Translations under genes and position numbers: made by a program | Notes under the pieces: generated by a model | The model's input: only the letters and a program-made list of their open reading frames with translations | Databases searched by the model: none | Told to the model about the DNA's origin: nothing | NCBI GenBank assembly: GCA_000004695.1 | Contig: CM000151.3 | Span: 3,104,001 to 3,168,000, forward strand | DNA: 64,000 nt | Origin: Dictyostelium discoideum | Lineage: Eukaryota | Direction of reading: 5' to 3' | Shown here: positions 41,108 through 52,380 of the stretch, one piece after another | Position numbering within the stretch: the first letter of the stretch is position 1 | Layout of the letters: the number at the start of each line of letters is the position of its first letter

Positions 41108-41400
41108 ATGGTAAAATAAAATTTTTTTTAACAATTTTTTTATTTATTTATACATATTTTTTATTAACAATAAAATATTTTTTTTTTAAAAAACAAATTT
41201 TAATCTTTTAGAAATTAACTCTCTTTTTTTGTATTTTTTTAGTGGTTTATTTAATGATAATATCATCAAATGGAATAAATGGTGATTGTTATAGTGATTG
41301 TGTTGATGATAATAGAGAATTTTGTAAAACTGAATGGTCAAAATGCGTTGTACTAATGCAAAAATGTAGAGATAATTGTGATGTACAATTAGAAAATTAG
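41108..41400 (+). CDS. 63-aa secreted Cys6 peptide (paralog 2). Exon 1 is the ATG alone (41108..41110). Exon 2 is 41212..41400.
   Basis: ATG|GTAAAAT...CTTTTAG|AAATTAACT gives MKLTLFFCIFLVVYLMIISSNGINGDCYSDCVDDNREFCKTEWSKCVVLMQKCRDNCDVQLEN. Its cysteine spacing is identical to that of paralog 1. Confidence 0.55.
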
Positions 41401-41927
41401 TAATAATAAAAAAAAAAAATAAAAAATAAAAATTTAAAATAAAAAATAAAAAAAAATAATAATGAAACATAAAATATTTATAACAAACATAATAAATATT
41501 TAAAAATTTTTAAAAAAAAAAATTTATTGTTATTTTACATTAAATAAAAATAAATTAATAAATTTTTTAAAAATATTAAAGATTTTAAAAATTATTATTA
41601 TTTAATCTTTTTTTTTTATAATATCTCCAAACAATTTACTTGTTTTTTTTTTTTTAAATTAAATGATACCTCAATTATTTACTCATTTGTTTGATATATT
41701 AAAATTGAAAAGAGTGTTAATTAAAAAAAAAATTTCCATTTTTATATAAAATGGAAAAGTATTAATGTTTAATATATTCTTTTCATCTTTTAATTTTAAA
41801 ACAAATAGAAACTATTTTTTTTTTTTTTTTTTTTTTTTTCCTAAAAAGAATAAATAAATAAATTATAACAAGCTTAATAATAATAATAAAATTTAAAAAA
41901 AGAGTGAAAATTAAAATAATTATTTAT

Positions 41928-43088
41928 TTATTTATTAAAAAAAGAAGGTGTAACTATATTAATATTATTACAATTTGAACAAGATAATTGAATTTCATGA
42001 TTTGAAGTTAATGTATTTAAAATTGGTATCATTGGTTTTGAATAATATAAACCTGTACATTTCTTTTGAGAACAATAAAACTTTGAAATCCAATTATCCA
42101 TTGAATCAATTGAATTTGAATCACCATTACATCTTGGACAAATACAATCAAAGTAATAACCATACTTTAATTCATCTTTTCTATCTTGTATTGGTTGATC
42201 TAATTCAATATAAGATATTGTCAATTGGTCACCCTTTTTAATTGGATATAATGATTTAAATGTCATATTACTACCATCTCTAACATCTGTACAATTTGGT
42301 ATACAAGAATGATTAAAATAACTACTACTTGGTGATACTGCAACACCAATACACTTATCATTCTTTGTCCAAATTCCAAATTGATTACATCTAGTTTTAT
42401 GTATAATTGATCTACTTTTTTCATTAATTTTCCTAATCATTTCAATTTTATCATCATTATTAATTATTGATTTTGTTGTTGTTGACCCTAATAATACTAA
42501 ATTAAACAATTCACTTATAAATTCAACGATTGAATCAATTCTTTCTTTTGCTGCTGGATTTGATTCTTCTGTAACTTGATTTTCTACTAAATCAAAAACA
42601 TCATCTAATGTATTTGTTAATTGTTCATTATCATTATTATTATTATTGTTGTTATTTAATTGTTGTTCAATAAATTTATTATTTAATAAAATATCTTGAT
42701 AATATCTTGATAACAAACCAACGATCATTCTAATTTCTGTAAATGTTTCAATATCAAAATTTGGATAAACTTTTAATTTTGGTGATTTTAATTTTTTATA
42801 AAATTTACATTCATAATGTTGATGTTTATTAATATTTTCATTTTTACATTGTTCATTACAATACCAAATTTCATTACATTGATTACATTTTAATGATAAT
42901 TTAATAACTGATGGTAATTGTTTAATACAATTAAAACATGATGTTGTTTTTAAAGTTTCTGATGTAACTGCAAAATATGATTTACATTTTAATAAATCTT
43001 CTCCAATTTGAATATCACGAGTTGCTATTAAATAACGACCTTCATTCTCTGAACTTTTTAATTCTAATCCATTAAAAGATTTAAACAT
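41928..43088 (-). CDS. SET and MYND domain (SMYD-type) lysine methyltransferase, paralog 1, intronless, 386 aa.
   Basis: MYND zinc finger CFNCIKQL...CNQCNEIWYCNEQCKNENINKHQHYEC. SET core FGIWTKNDKCIGVAVSPSSSYFNHSCIPNC...ELKYGYYFDCICPRC (post-SET Cys cluster). Confidence 0.8.
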   Translation of the reverse strand: MFKSFNGLELKSSENEGRYLIATRDIQIGEDLLKCKSYFAVTSETLKTTSCFNCIKQLPSVIKLSLKCNQCNEIWYCNEQCKNENINKHQHYECKFYKKLKSPKLKVYPNFDIETFTEIRMIVGLLSRYYQDILLNNKFIEQQLNNNNNNNNDNEQLTNTLDDVFDLVENQVTEESNPAAKERIDSIVEFISELFNLVLLGSTTTKSIINNDDKIEMIRKINEKSRSIIHKTRCNQFGIWTKNDKCIGVAVSPSSSYFNHSCIPNCTDVRDGSNMTFKSLYPIKKGDQLTISYIELDQPIQDRKDELKYGYYFDCICPRCNGDSNSIDSMDNWISKFYCSQKKCTGLYYSKPMIPILNTLTSNHEIQLSCSNCNNINIVTPSFFNK

Positions 43089-43333
43089 TTAATAATTAAT
43101 TTATTAATTTTTTAATTTTTTTTTTTTTCGATCAGTAAAAACCACAAAACTGTGTTTTAGAAAAAAAAAAATAAAAATAAAAAAAAATAAAAATAAAAAA
43201 AAATAAAAATAAAAAAAAAAAAAAAATGTGAAAATAAAAATAAAAATGTGAAAAAAAAAGTGGCATGAAATCGGGATTTAAATTTTATGTGAGAAAATAT
43301 GTTTTTTTATTTTTTATTTTTTTTTTTTTTTAT

Positions 43334-43872
43334 TTAATAATTTGGTTTATTTAAATAAAAATTTGAATTAACAATTAATTGATCATTACAAGTTGAACAT
43401 GATAATTGAATTTCATGATTATCAATGTTGGTTAATGATTGTAGTGATAATTTTAATTTTGAATAATATAAACCTGTACATTTCTTTTGATGGCAATAAA
43501 ATTTTGAAATCCAATTATCTAATGAATCCTCTAATTTACCAGTTGGATCAATATCTGTTGAATTACATCTTGGACATTGACAATGAAAGTAGTAACCAAA
43601 TTTCAAATAATCTCTACGTCTTTTAGTTGATTTATCTAATGCCAAATAAGAGATATTAATTTGGTCACCTTTTTTAATTGGAAATAATGATTTAAATGTC
43701 ATATCACTACCATCTCTAACCGATTCACAATTTGGTATACATGAATGATTAAAATAACTACTACTTGGTGATACTGCCATACCAATACATTTATCATTCT
43801 TTGTCCAAATTCCAAATTGATTACATCTAACTTTTTGAATTAATGGTCTAATTAATTTAATTAATTCTTCAA

Positions 43873-43962
<90 letters not shown>

Positions 43963-44575
43963 CATTACTATTATTATTTATTGTTAATTTTAATATATTT
44001 ATAATATATTCAATAATATTATCAATATATTCTTTTGCTACACTATTTGTTTCTTCATTTATATCATTTTCTACTAAATCTAATACACCATCCAATGTAT
44101 CTTTTATAAAATCTTCTTCATCATCTTGTTGATTATTTATTATTATTGATGAATTGAATTTATTATTTAATAATTTATCTTGATAATATCTTGAGAGTAA
44201 ACCAAGTATTATTCTGATTTCAGAGTATGAATCGAAATCGAGTTTTGAATTTTGAATTAATTTTGGTGATTTTATATTGTTGAAAAATGCACATTCATAA
44301 TGTTGATGTTTTGCTTGATTATCTTGTTTACATTTTTCACTACAATACCAAACTTCATTACATCCAAAACATCTTGGTACTTGTTGAGGTGATGGTGATT
44401 TAATTAACTTTATACAATTGTAACAACTATTCTTTTTAAAATCTTCACATGTAACTGCAAAATATGATTTACATTTTAATATACTCTCTCCAATGTCAAT
44501 ATCTCTATTTGCTATAATATACCTTCCCTCTAACTCTGAATTCGATAATTTTAATCCATCAAAAGATTTAAACAT
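43334..44575 (-). CDS. SMYD-type SET+MYND methyltransferase, paralog 2, intronless, 413 aa. It contains a poly-Asn insertion.
   Basis: It is about 70% identical to paralog 1 over alignable regions (MFKSFDGLKLSNSELEGRYIIANRDIDIGESILKCKSYFAVT...NHSCIPNC...YLKFGYYFHCQCPRC). The (ATT)n run at 43869-43960 encodes a 40-residue poly-N loop that is absent from paralog 1. Confidence 0.8.
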
Positions 44576-44718
44576 TTATTTTATTATTTTTTATTTTATT
44601 TTATTTTTGAAAAAAAAAAAAATAAAATTAATTTTTATTTTTTTTTTTATTTTTTTTTTATTTTTTTTTTGATCAAAAAAAATTTTTGGAAAAATGGGAA
44701 AAATGTGTTTTTGATTTT

Positions 44719-44776
<58 letters not shown>

Positions 44777-45693
44777 AAAATAGAATTGCCCCATCTTTCA
44801 AGATATTTAAAATTTGATGGACAAGTGGGAAGAAAAAAAAAATTAAAAAAAAATAAAAATGATAATAAAAAAAAAAAAAAAATTTGGAATTGAGAAATCA
44901 TGGCAGACTTGTCTTTTTTTTTTTTATTTTTTTTTTTTTTTTATTTATTTTTGTGCAGGGTTTTTTTGTAAAACCAAGATATTTTTTAAAACCATTTTAC
45001 ACAATAATTTTTTTTCTTTTTTTTTTTTTTTTTTTATTTTTACTATTTTTTTTTTATTTTTTTTTTTTTTAAAAAAATTTATTTGTTTAATTTTATTTCT
45101 TTTTTTTTTATTAATTATCATTATTATTTTTATTTTTTATTTATTTTTTTTTTTATTTTTTTTATTTTTTTTTTTAATTTTTTGAAAACTTCAAAATTAA
45201 TTTCTATTTTTAACATTTTTTTTTTTTTTTCTGCTCCCATTACCTTTCTAAACAATTTTTTTTTCAAAACGACTCCATTTTGATTATAAAATTGAAAAAA
45301 ATAAAAAAAAATTTTTTTAATCGAAAAAATTCAAATTTTTTATTTTTTTTTTTAATTTTTTAATTTTTTTTTTTTGTTTAATGCATTTCCAACAACAGCA
45401 TTGTCATACCACTCCAAACAAACTCATTTTAATCTTGTTGTATTATTGTTTTTTACTTTTTTTTCTTTTAAAAAAAGTAAATAAACTTTTTTCCAACAAA
45501 AATTTCACACATGCATTTTTTTTTTTACCTTTATCTTTTTGTAATTTAAATTAAATAATAATAATAATAAAAATAAAAATAATAATTAAAATAATAATAA
45601 AAATAAAAATAATAATAAAAATCTATATGATAATAATAATAAAAATAGTAAAATAATAATAATAATAATAATAAATAATAATAATAAACTAAA

Positions 45694-45753
<60 letters not shown>

Positions 45754-45952
45754 GTATTTTAATAATTCAAACTATTCACTGTCGGCACCAACAAAGTTTT
45801 TAAGACTATTTTCACAACTTTTTTTCTTTTTTTTTTTTGTCCATTACAGACAAAAAAAAAAATTTTTTTAAAAAAAAAAAAAAGATTTAAAAAATTAAAA
45901 AAAAAAAAAATTAAAAAAAAAAAATTGATATAAAAAAAAATAGATATAACAG

Positions 45953-45983
<31 letters not shown>

Positions 45984-46162
45984 TGAAAAAAACCAAAACC
46001 AAAAAAATAAAAAAAACAAACAATAACCAAATAATAATAATTTATATATTTTATATATAAATTTAAAATAAAAAAAATAGATTTACAATTTAAAAATTAA
46101 AATATTACTATAGCAATAATAGTAATAATTTAAAAAATATGAATAATAATATTAATAGTACT

Positions 46163-46252
<90 letters not shown>

Positions 46253-46383
46253 TCCAATAAAGACAATTATAATGGATATAAAACACCCAAGATCCAAAAC
46301 CAAATAGTAAACCCTCAAAGTATCAACCAATAAAAACACAAACTCAATTTAGTAAACCCGATATTGCCAAAAATATTGGAGAA

Positions 46384-46521
46384 TTGGTTGAATATTTAGA
46401 TAAAAAGAAACAATATATTGAAGGAAAAGCATCAACAACACCTTTATCAACTTCACCAACATTAAATTCAAAATCATCATTTAATAATAATAATAATAAT
46501 AATAATAACAATAATAATAAT

Positions 46522-46590
<69 letters not shown>

Positions 46591-47010
46591 TTTTCAGAAG
46601 ATGATGAATATTATAGTGATGATAATCAAAATAATCAAAATAATCAAAATAATAATAATTGTGAAGATTCAGAATTAAATATTGAAGAATATTCAAATAT
46701 ATTTAAAAAATTAAAACAAGAGAATAGTTTTAATGAAATTATAAATTTTACAGAGAGGGAAATTTTGGTATTATGTGAAGTTTGTAAACATTATTTTAGT
46801 GATTTCAAAAAGAATAAATTCAATAATTTCGATAAATTATTATTATATTTAGCATTTAGTAAAGCAGGATCAAGCACAACACACATTAGTAAAATGTTTA
46901 ACGTTACTCAAGTTACAATTAGTCGGGTTGTACAAAAGATACGTATTGTAATTGATCAACTTTCAAAAAGAGATTTACCATTTGATATATTTAGACCATC
47001 AGTTAATGGT

Positions 47011-47052
<42 letters not shown>

Positions 47053-47061
47053 TCAAATAAT

Positions 47062-47103
<42 letters not shown>

Positions 47104-48507
47104 CAAAATAATTTTAAAATTCAAAAGAATCCATATCATATTGGTTTAATAGTTGATTGTATCACTATTAAAACTACAATAGCAGATTCAAAGAAAAAGG
47201 AATACTTTGATCCAATTAATAACATATATGGCATTAAATTTATGGTTGCAGTTCAATTCAGTTCACCACATTATTCAATTTTTGTTTCTGCACCTTATCT
47301 TGGTTCAACACCTGATCTAACCATATTTAATCAACAAAAACATAATCTATTAAACTATCTTCAAAAACAAGATACACCTTCAGAAATTGATCAAACTGGT
47401 AAATTTAAATCATGGGCAATTTTAACTTTATTCGATCCTCAAACAGGTTCCTCATTACCTTATTCAAATTATTATAAAAATGTTAATGGTATGGTTCAAA
47501 TAGTTAATCAAAATCAAAATCAAAATAATCAAAATAATCAAAATAATCAAAATAGTCAAAATAATCAAAATAATAACAATCAAAGTAATTATTGTAATAA
47601 TAATAGTTTACCATCTAGTGCAACAACTACACCACCATTAAATTCACAAAATTATAATAATAGTAATAGTAGTAGTAGTAGTAATATACAGGAATATACA
47701 ATGACGACGACCATGATGACGGCAACGACGGCCACAATGACAACTACTACAACTACAAATACAAATTCAAAGTGTATTGATGAAATGAGAATAATAAATA
47801 TAAATGATAATTTAAAAGAATTTGAATCACATAGGATGACAATTGATAAATATTTTGGTAGATTATATGGGTTATGGGGAATTACTGGTAATTATCGGTT
47901 GGATCAACGTTTCATTGAAATCGATTTTAAAAATTTACAATGGTTAACAAATGTTCATATTCAAAAGAAAGATTTAGATAATGACGATTTAACTTTTTTT
48001 TATCAATTTAAAAAGAATTTATTTGAATCTGATAAAAGAATTACAAAAAGTAGAAAAAAAGATAAAAAAGTAACAAGTCCACAACAAAGAAGACAATCAA
48101 ATAGAAATCATGATATTAATAATAATAATAATAATAATAATAAAAATAATATTAATATTAATATCAATAATAATAATAACAATAATAATAGCAATAATAA
48201 TAATAGCAATAATAATAATAATAGCAATAATAATAGTAATAATAATAATAATAATGGAAATAGTGATGGAAATAATAATAGTGATAACAGTAAATATAAT
48301 ATTAATAATATTATTAATAAAAACAACATCAATAATAATAATAATAATAACATATCTTCATCTACAACCACCTCAACTTCAACTACATTTCAAAATCATT
48401 CATTTGATGATGAAGAGTATGAAGATGAATCATATGATACCTCTGAATATGACGATGGTGAATTAATTTTTGATGGAGATGATGAAGATAATAATTTTAA
48501 TAATAAT

Positions 48508-48541
<34 letters not shown>

Positions 48542-48612
48542 TAGAAACAAATAGAAATAAAAATGATGATCCTCGTGAAGATACTGGTCCATTTAAAAAA
48601 AGAAAATTTTAG
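46384..48612 (+). CDS. Harbinger/PIF-type DDE transposase-derived protein: N-terminal HTH plus a DDE_Tnp_4-like nuclease core, heavily interspersed with poly-Asn. The true start lies upstream; the frame is open from 46282 with no ATG.
   Basis: HTH-like REILVLCEVCKHYF...LLLYLAFSKAGSSTTHISKMFNVTQVTISRVVQKIRIV. Core blocks are HIGLIVDCITIKT (first Asp), YFDPINNIYGIKFMVAVQ...APYLGSTPDLTIF (second Asp) and HRMTIDKYFGRLYGLWGI (the Harbinger R..VE..FG.LK..W block, with Asp in place of Glu). Confidence 0.6.
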
Positions 48613-48619
48613 TGCAAAA

Positions 48620-48982
48620 TTTAAATTAAAACAAATAAAGAAAATGTTTATTTTTTTCCTTTTTTTTTTTTTATAATTTTAATATAATCAGTTTTTTTTT
48701 TTTTAATTATTTAGATATTTTTTTTATATGTTTATATATATACATTTTTTTTAAAAAAAAAAAAGTTGTAATTTATTCTATTCAAACCAAAACATTCTTT
48801 AATTGGTATGCTAATTGTAACATTTGATCGGTTGCTGAATTCCAACATTTTCCATCCATCAAATACACCTTTAATTCCTCTGGATCATCCTAAAATTTTA
48901 GGTTAAATTTTAAATCAAACAAACAAAGAAAATGTTTATTTATTTTTTTTATAAATGTAATTAATTAATTTTAATTTATACT

Positions 48983-49041
<59 letters not shown>

Positions 49042-49250
49042 CAATTAAATAATTCAAATATTCATTTTTTCATGTAAGTATATTTTCTTTAAAAAAAAAA
49101 TTTGTTGTAGTTTATTCTCCTCAACCCAAAAACATTCTTGATACTGCACGTTTTACTAATTGTTCCGTTTGGTTGGTTGCTGAACTCCAATATTTTCCCT
49201 TCCATCAAATCAACTGTAAATATTTTTGATGATTCTAAAATTATAAAAAA
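48620..49250. repeat. Diverged tandem duplication of about 300 bp (two copies, about 80% identical), immediately 3' of the Harbinger-like gene.
   Basis: Copy A is about 48630-48900 and copy B about 48910-49235. Shared blocks are caaa(c/t)aaagaaaatgtttattt...(T)n...caaaacattcttt(a/g)at...ggttgctgaa(t/c)tccaa(c/t)attttcc(a/c)tccatcaaat. Confidence 0.6.
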
Positions 49251-49260
49251 ATATTAGTTA

Positions 49261-49420
49261 TTGCTTTATTTTATTTTATTTTATTTTATTTTATTTTATT
49301 TTATTTTATTTTATTTTATTTTATTTTATTTTATTTTATTTTATTTTATTTATTTATTTATTTTTTTTATTTTATTATATTTTATTTTTTTATCTATTTG
49401 TTGTTTGTTTATCTATATAT

Positions 49421-49463
<43 letters not shown>

Positions 49464-49470
49464 TTTGTTT
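49261..49470. repeat. Compound microsatellite: (TTTTA)16, then (TTTA)n.
   Basis: Direct reading: 49261-49345 ttattttattttatttt...; 49401-49470 tatttatttattt.... Confidence 0.95.
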
Positions 49471-49934
49471 ATAAAAACAATATCAAATAATTTCAATAAT
49501 AATATTTATTTAAGACAAAAAAAAAAAAAAAACAATAGCAAATAAAACAGTATCAAAATATCAAATAAATGTTTGGTATTGTTTTTTTTTTTTTTTAATA
49601 TGCACAATTTAAAAAAATTAAAATAAATTAAAAAATAAAATAAATTTGCTGTTAAACAGTGAAAAAAAATAATTATTAGAAATTTTTTTTTGAAATTTGA
49701 ATTTAAACCACCTCCAACAACAAAAAAGTGCGCTAAATAACGGAATTGATTTTAAAATTTTTTTTATTTAAATGGGCCAAAAAAAAAAAAAAAAGTTTTT
49801 TCTTTTTATTTCAAAATTTTTTTTTTTTTCATAGTTCACAAACAAACATAACAAAAAAAAATAAATAAATAAAAACACAAATAATTTAAACAGTAAGTGA
49901 TAATCTATATAGTTTAGTTTTGGAATATGGTCTA

Positions 49935-49968
<34 letters not shown>

Positions 49969-50180
49969 AACACTACCAAATTTAAATAAACATTTCAATA
50001 AACTAATTAGTCTTACCATAACTTTACTTTATTTTTTATTTTTTATTTTTTATTTTTTATTTTTTATTTATTTTTTTTTATTTTATTTACACTTCATACC
50101 TAATTTTCCTTTATTCCAATTGCACATTACTTATAAACAATAGATATATAAATTAATAAAAAAAAAAAAAAATAAAAAAA

Positions 50181-50441
50181 ATGTCATCAAGAGATAAACA
50201 AGATAGTAGAAAGAAAGAATTTAAAAAATCACTCGATAGTGAAACAGCAAGAAGAAAGAGAGAAGAAAACTCAATTGGTATTAGAAAAAATGCTAGAGAA
50301 GAGTTAATGTTAAAGAGACGTGGTATCGTTCAACCAAATCCTTCAACTTCTTATCAAATTATCGTTCCACCAGAAGTTCAAGAACAATTCCAAAAATATG
50401 AAAATGAAACTATGGAAAATAAGGTAAATCATAATAGAATC

Positions 50442-50523
<82 letters not shown>

Positions 50524-51997
50524 CACATATTAATTTCTCGATTTTTTTTTTTATTTTTTATTTTTTATTTTTTTTTTTTTTTAATAGATTAAAAATTTAC
50601 CAGGATTAGTTACAGCATTAAATTCAAACGATCAAGCATATGTTTATTCATCATTAGTACAATTTAGAAAGTTATTATCAATTCATGCTTATCCACCAAT
50701 TGATCAAGTTATTGAATGTGGTATTATACCAAAATTGAATCAACTCTTACAATGTAATAATCCAAAGGTACAATTTGAATCAGCATGGGCATTGACCAAT
50801 ATTGCATCTGGTAATAATAGACAAACTCAAACTGTGATGGAAAGTGGTTCCGTACCAATCTTTATTCAGTTATTATGTGCAGAAACTACCGATGAAGTTA
50901 AGGAACAATGTGCTTGGGCATTGGGTAATATTGCAGGTGATACAGTTGATTCAAGAAACTATCTCTTGAAATATGGTGCAATGAATGCTTTAATTCCATT
51001 GCTACACTATGGTGAAGATAATGGTGCCACCACCACCTCAGCCAATTCCGAGCGTAAAATTGGTCTAATTCAAAATGTTGTCTGGACAATTTCAAATTTG
51101 TGTCGTGGTAAACCACAACCAGATTTCTCTGTGGTTAGTCAATGTTTACCAGCAATCAACGAGTTGATCAGAATTGAAAATCTTCCAAGTGAAATCTATG
51201 GTGATTTATGTTGGGCATTATCTTACCTCTGTGATGGTCCAAATACAAAGATTCAAGCCGTCATCGATAGTGGTGTCGTACCAAGATTGGTCAAACTATT
51301 GGAATATCCAGATAGTATCGTTTTCACACCAGCATTACGTGCCGTTGGTAATATTGTCACTGGTGAATCTAGCCAAACTCAAATAGTCATCGATAATAAT
51401 GGTGTTGAATTGATCACTCGTCTCTTGGCCGTTCAAAAGAAATCCATTCGTAAAGAATCATGTTGGGCATTATCAAATATCACCGCTGGTGAACCATCAC
51501 AAATCGATGTTGTCGTATCAAATCCAAAGACAGTGACAACCTTGATCAGTCTTCTCTCCCACAGTGAACATGACATTAAACGTGAAGCATGTTGGGCTTT
51601 ATCAAACTCTACCAATAATTCATCAACTAAATCAATTCAAACCTTGGTTCGTCACAATATCTTGAAACATTTTATCGATTTATTAAACTCTCAAGATTTA
51701 GTTATCCTTAAAATCGTCTTGGAAGGTTTAATCAATATCATTAAAGAAGGTGAAAAAACTAAAACTAAAACTGGTGTTAATCCATACGTTAACTTGATCT
51801 CTGAAATGCAAGGTGAATCCATCATTTATGATCTTCAAGAGCATCAATCAAAAGATGTTTACAAGAAAGCTTTCGAACTTATTGAATTCTTTGAAAGTTC
51901 AGATTATTCTGATTCTGAAAATTCTGAACCAAATATAAATCAAAATGGTCAATATGAATTTAGTTCAAATTATAATAGTAATTCAATTAATATTTAA
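50181..51997 (+). CDS. Importin-alpha (karyopherin-alpha), 551 aa, 2 exons: 50181..50423 and 50588..51997.
   Basis: Exon 1 is the IBB domain (RKKEFKKSLDSETARRKREENSIGIRKNAREELMLKRR). Exon 2 carries ten ARM repeats with the conserved W/N cargo-binding array (ESAWALTNIASG, QCAWALGNIAGD, NVVWTISNLCRG, DLCWALSYLCDG, ESCWALSNITAG, EACWALSN) and an acidic tail. GTAAAT..AATAG intron, phase 0. Confidence 0.9.
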
Positions 51998-52008
51998 ATA
52001 ATAATTAA

Positions 52009-52042
<34 letters not shown>

Positions 52043-52380
52043 CATGTCATCAATTTTAAAATTACTAGTAAATTAATATTTCAACTAGTAAATTAAAATT
52101 GTACAATCAATATTTGTATAGATTAAAAAAACAAAACAAACAAAACAAAACAAAACAAAAAAAAAAAACAAAACAAAATAACTAATATCATCTTTCAAAA
52201 TTATTAAGTTGATTTTTAAATGAATAATAATAAAAAAAAAAAAAAAACATCTAATTTTAAAATAATTATTTTCAAAATTCGTTTTTTCACTTTTTTTCAT
52301 TTTTTCTTAATTTTTATTTTTTTTATTTTTTTTTTAATTTTTATTTTTTTTTTTATTTTATTCTTTTGATCAAAACTAAA

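Noticed and set aside
48910-49235. Copy B of the 300-bp repeat as a coding exon on the minus strand.
   Set aside because: A 4-nt insertion breaks the frame that is conserved in copy A, and no upstream exons are available (microsatellites and the importin promoter follow). It is treated as a non-coding duplicated fragment.
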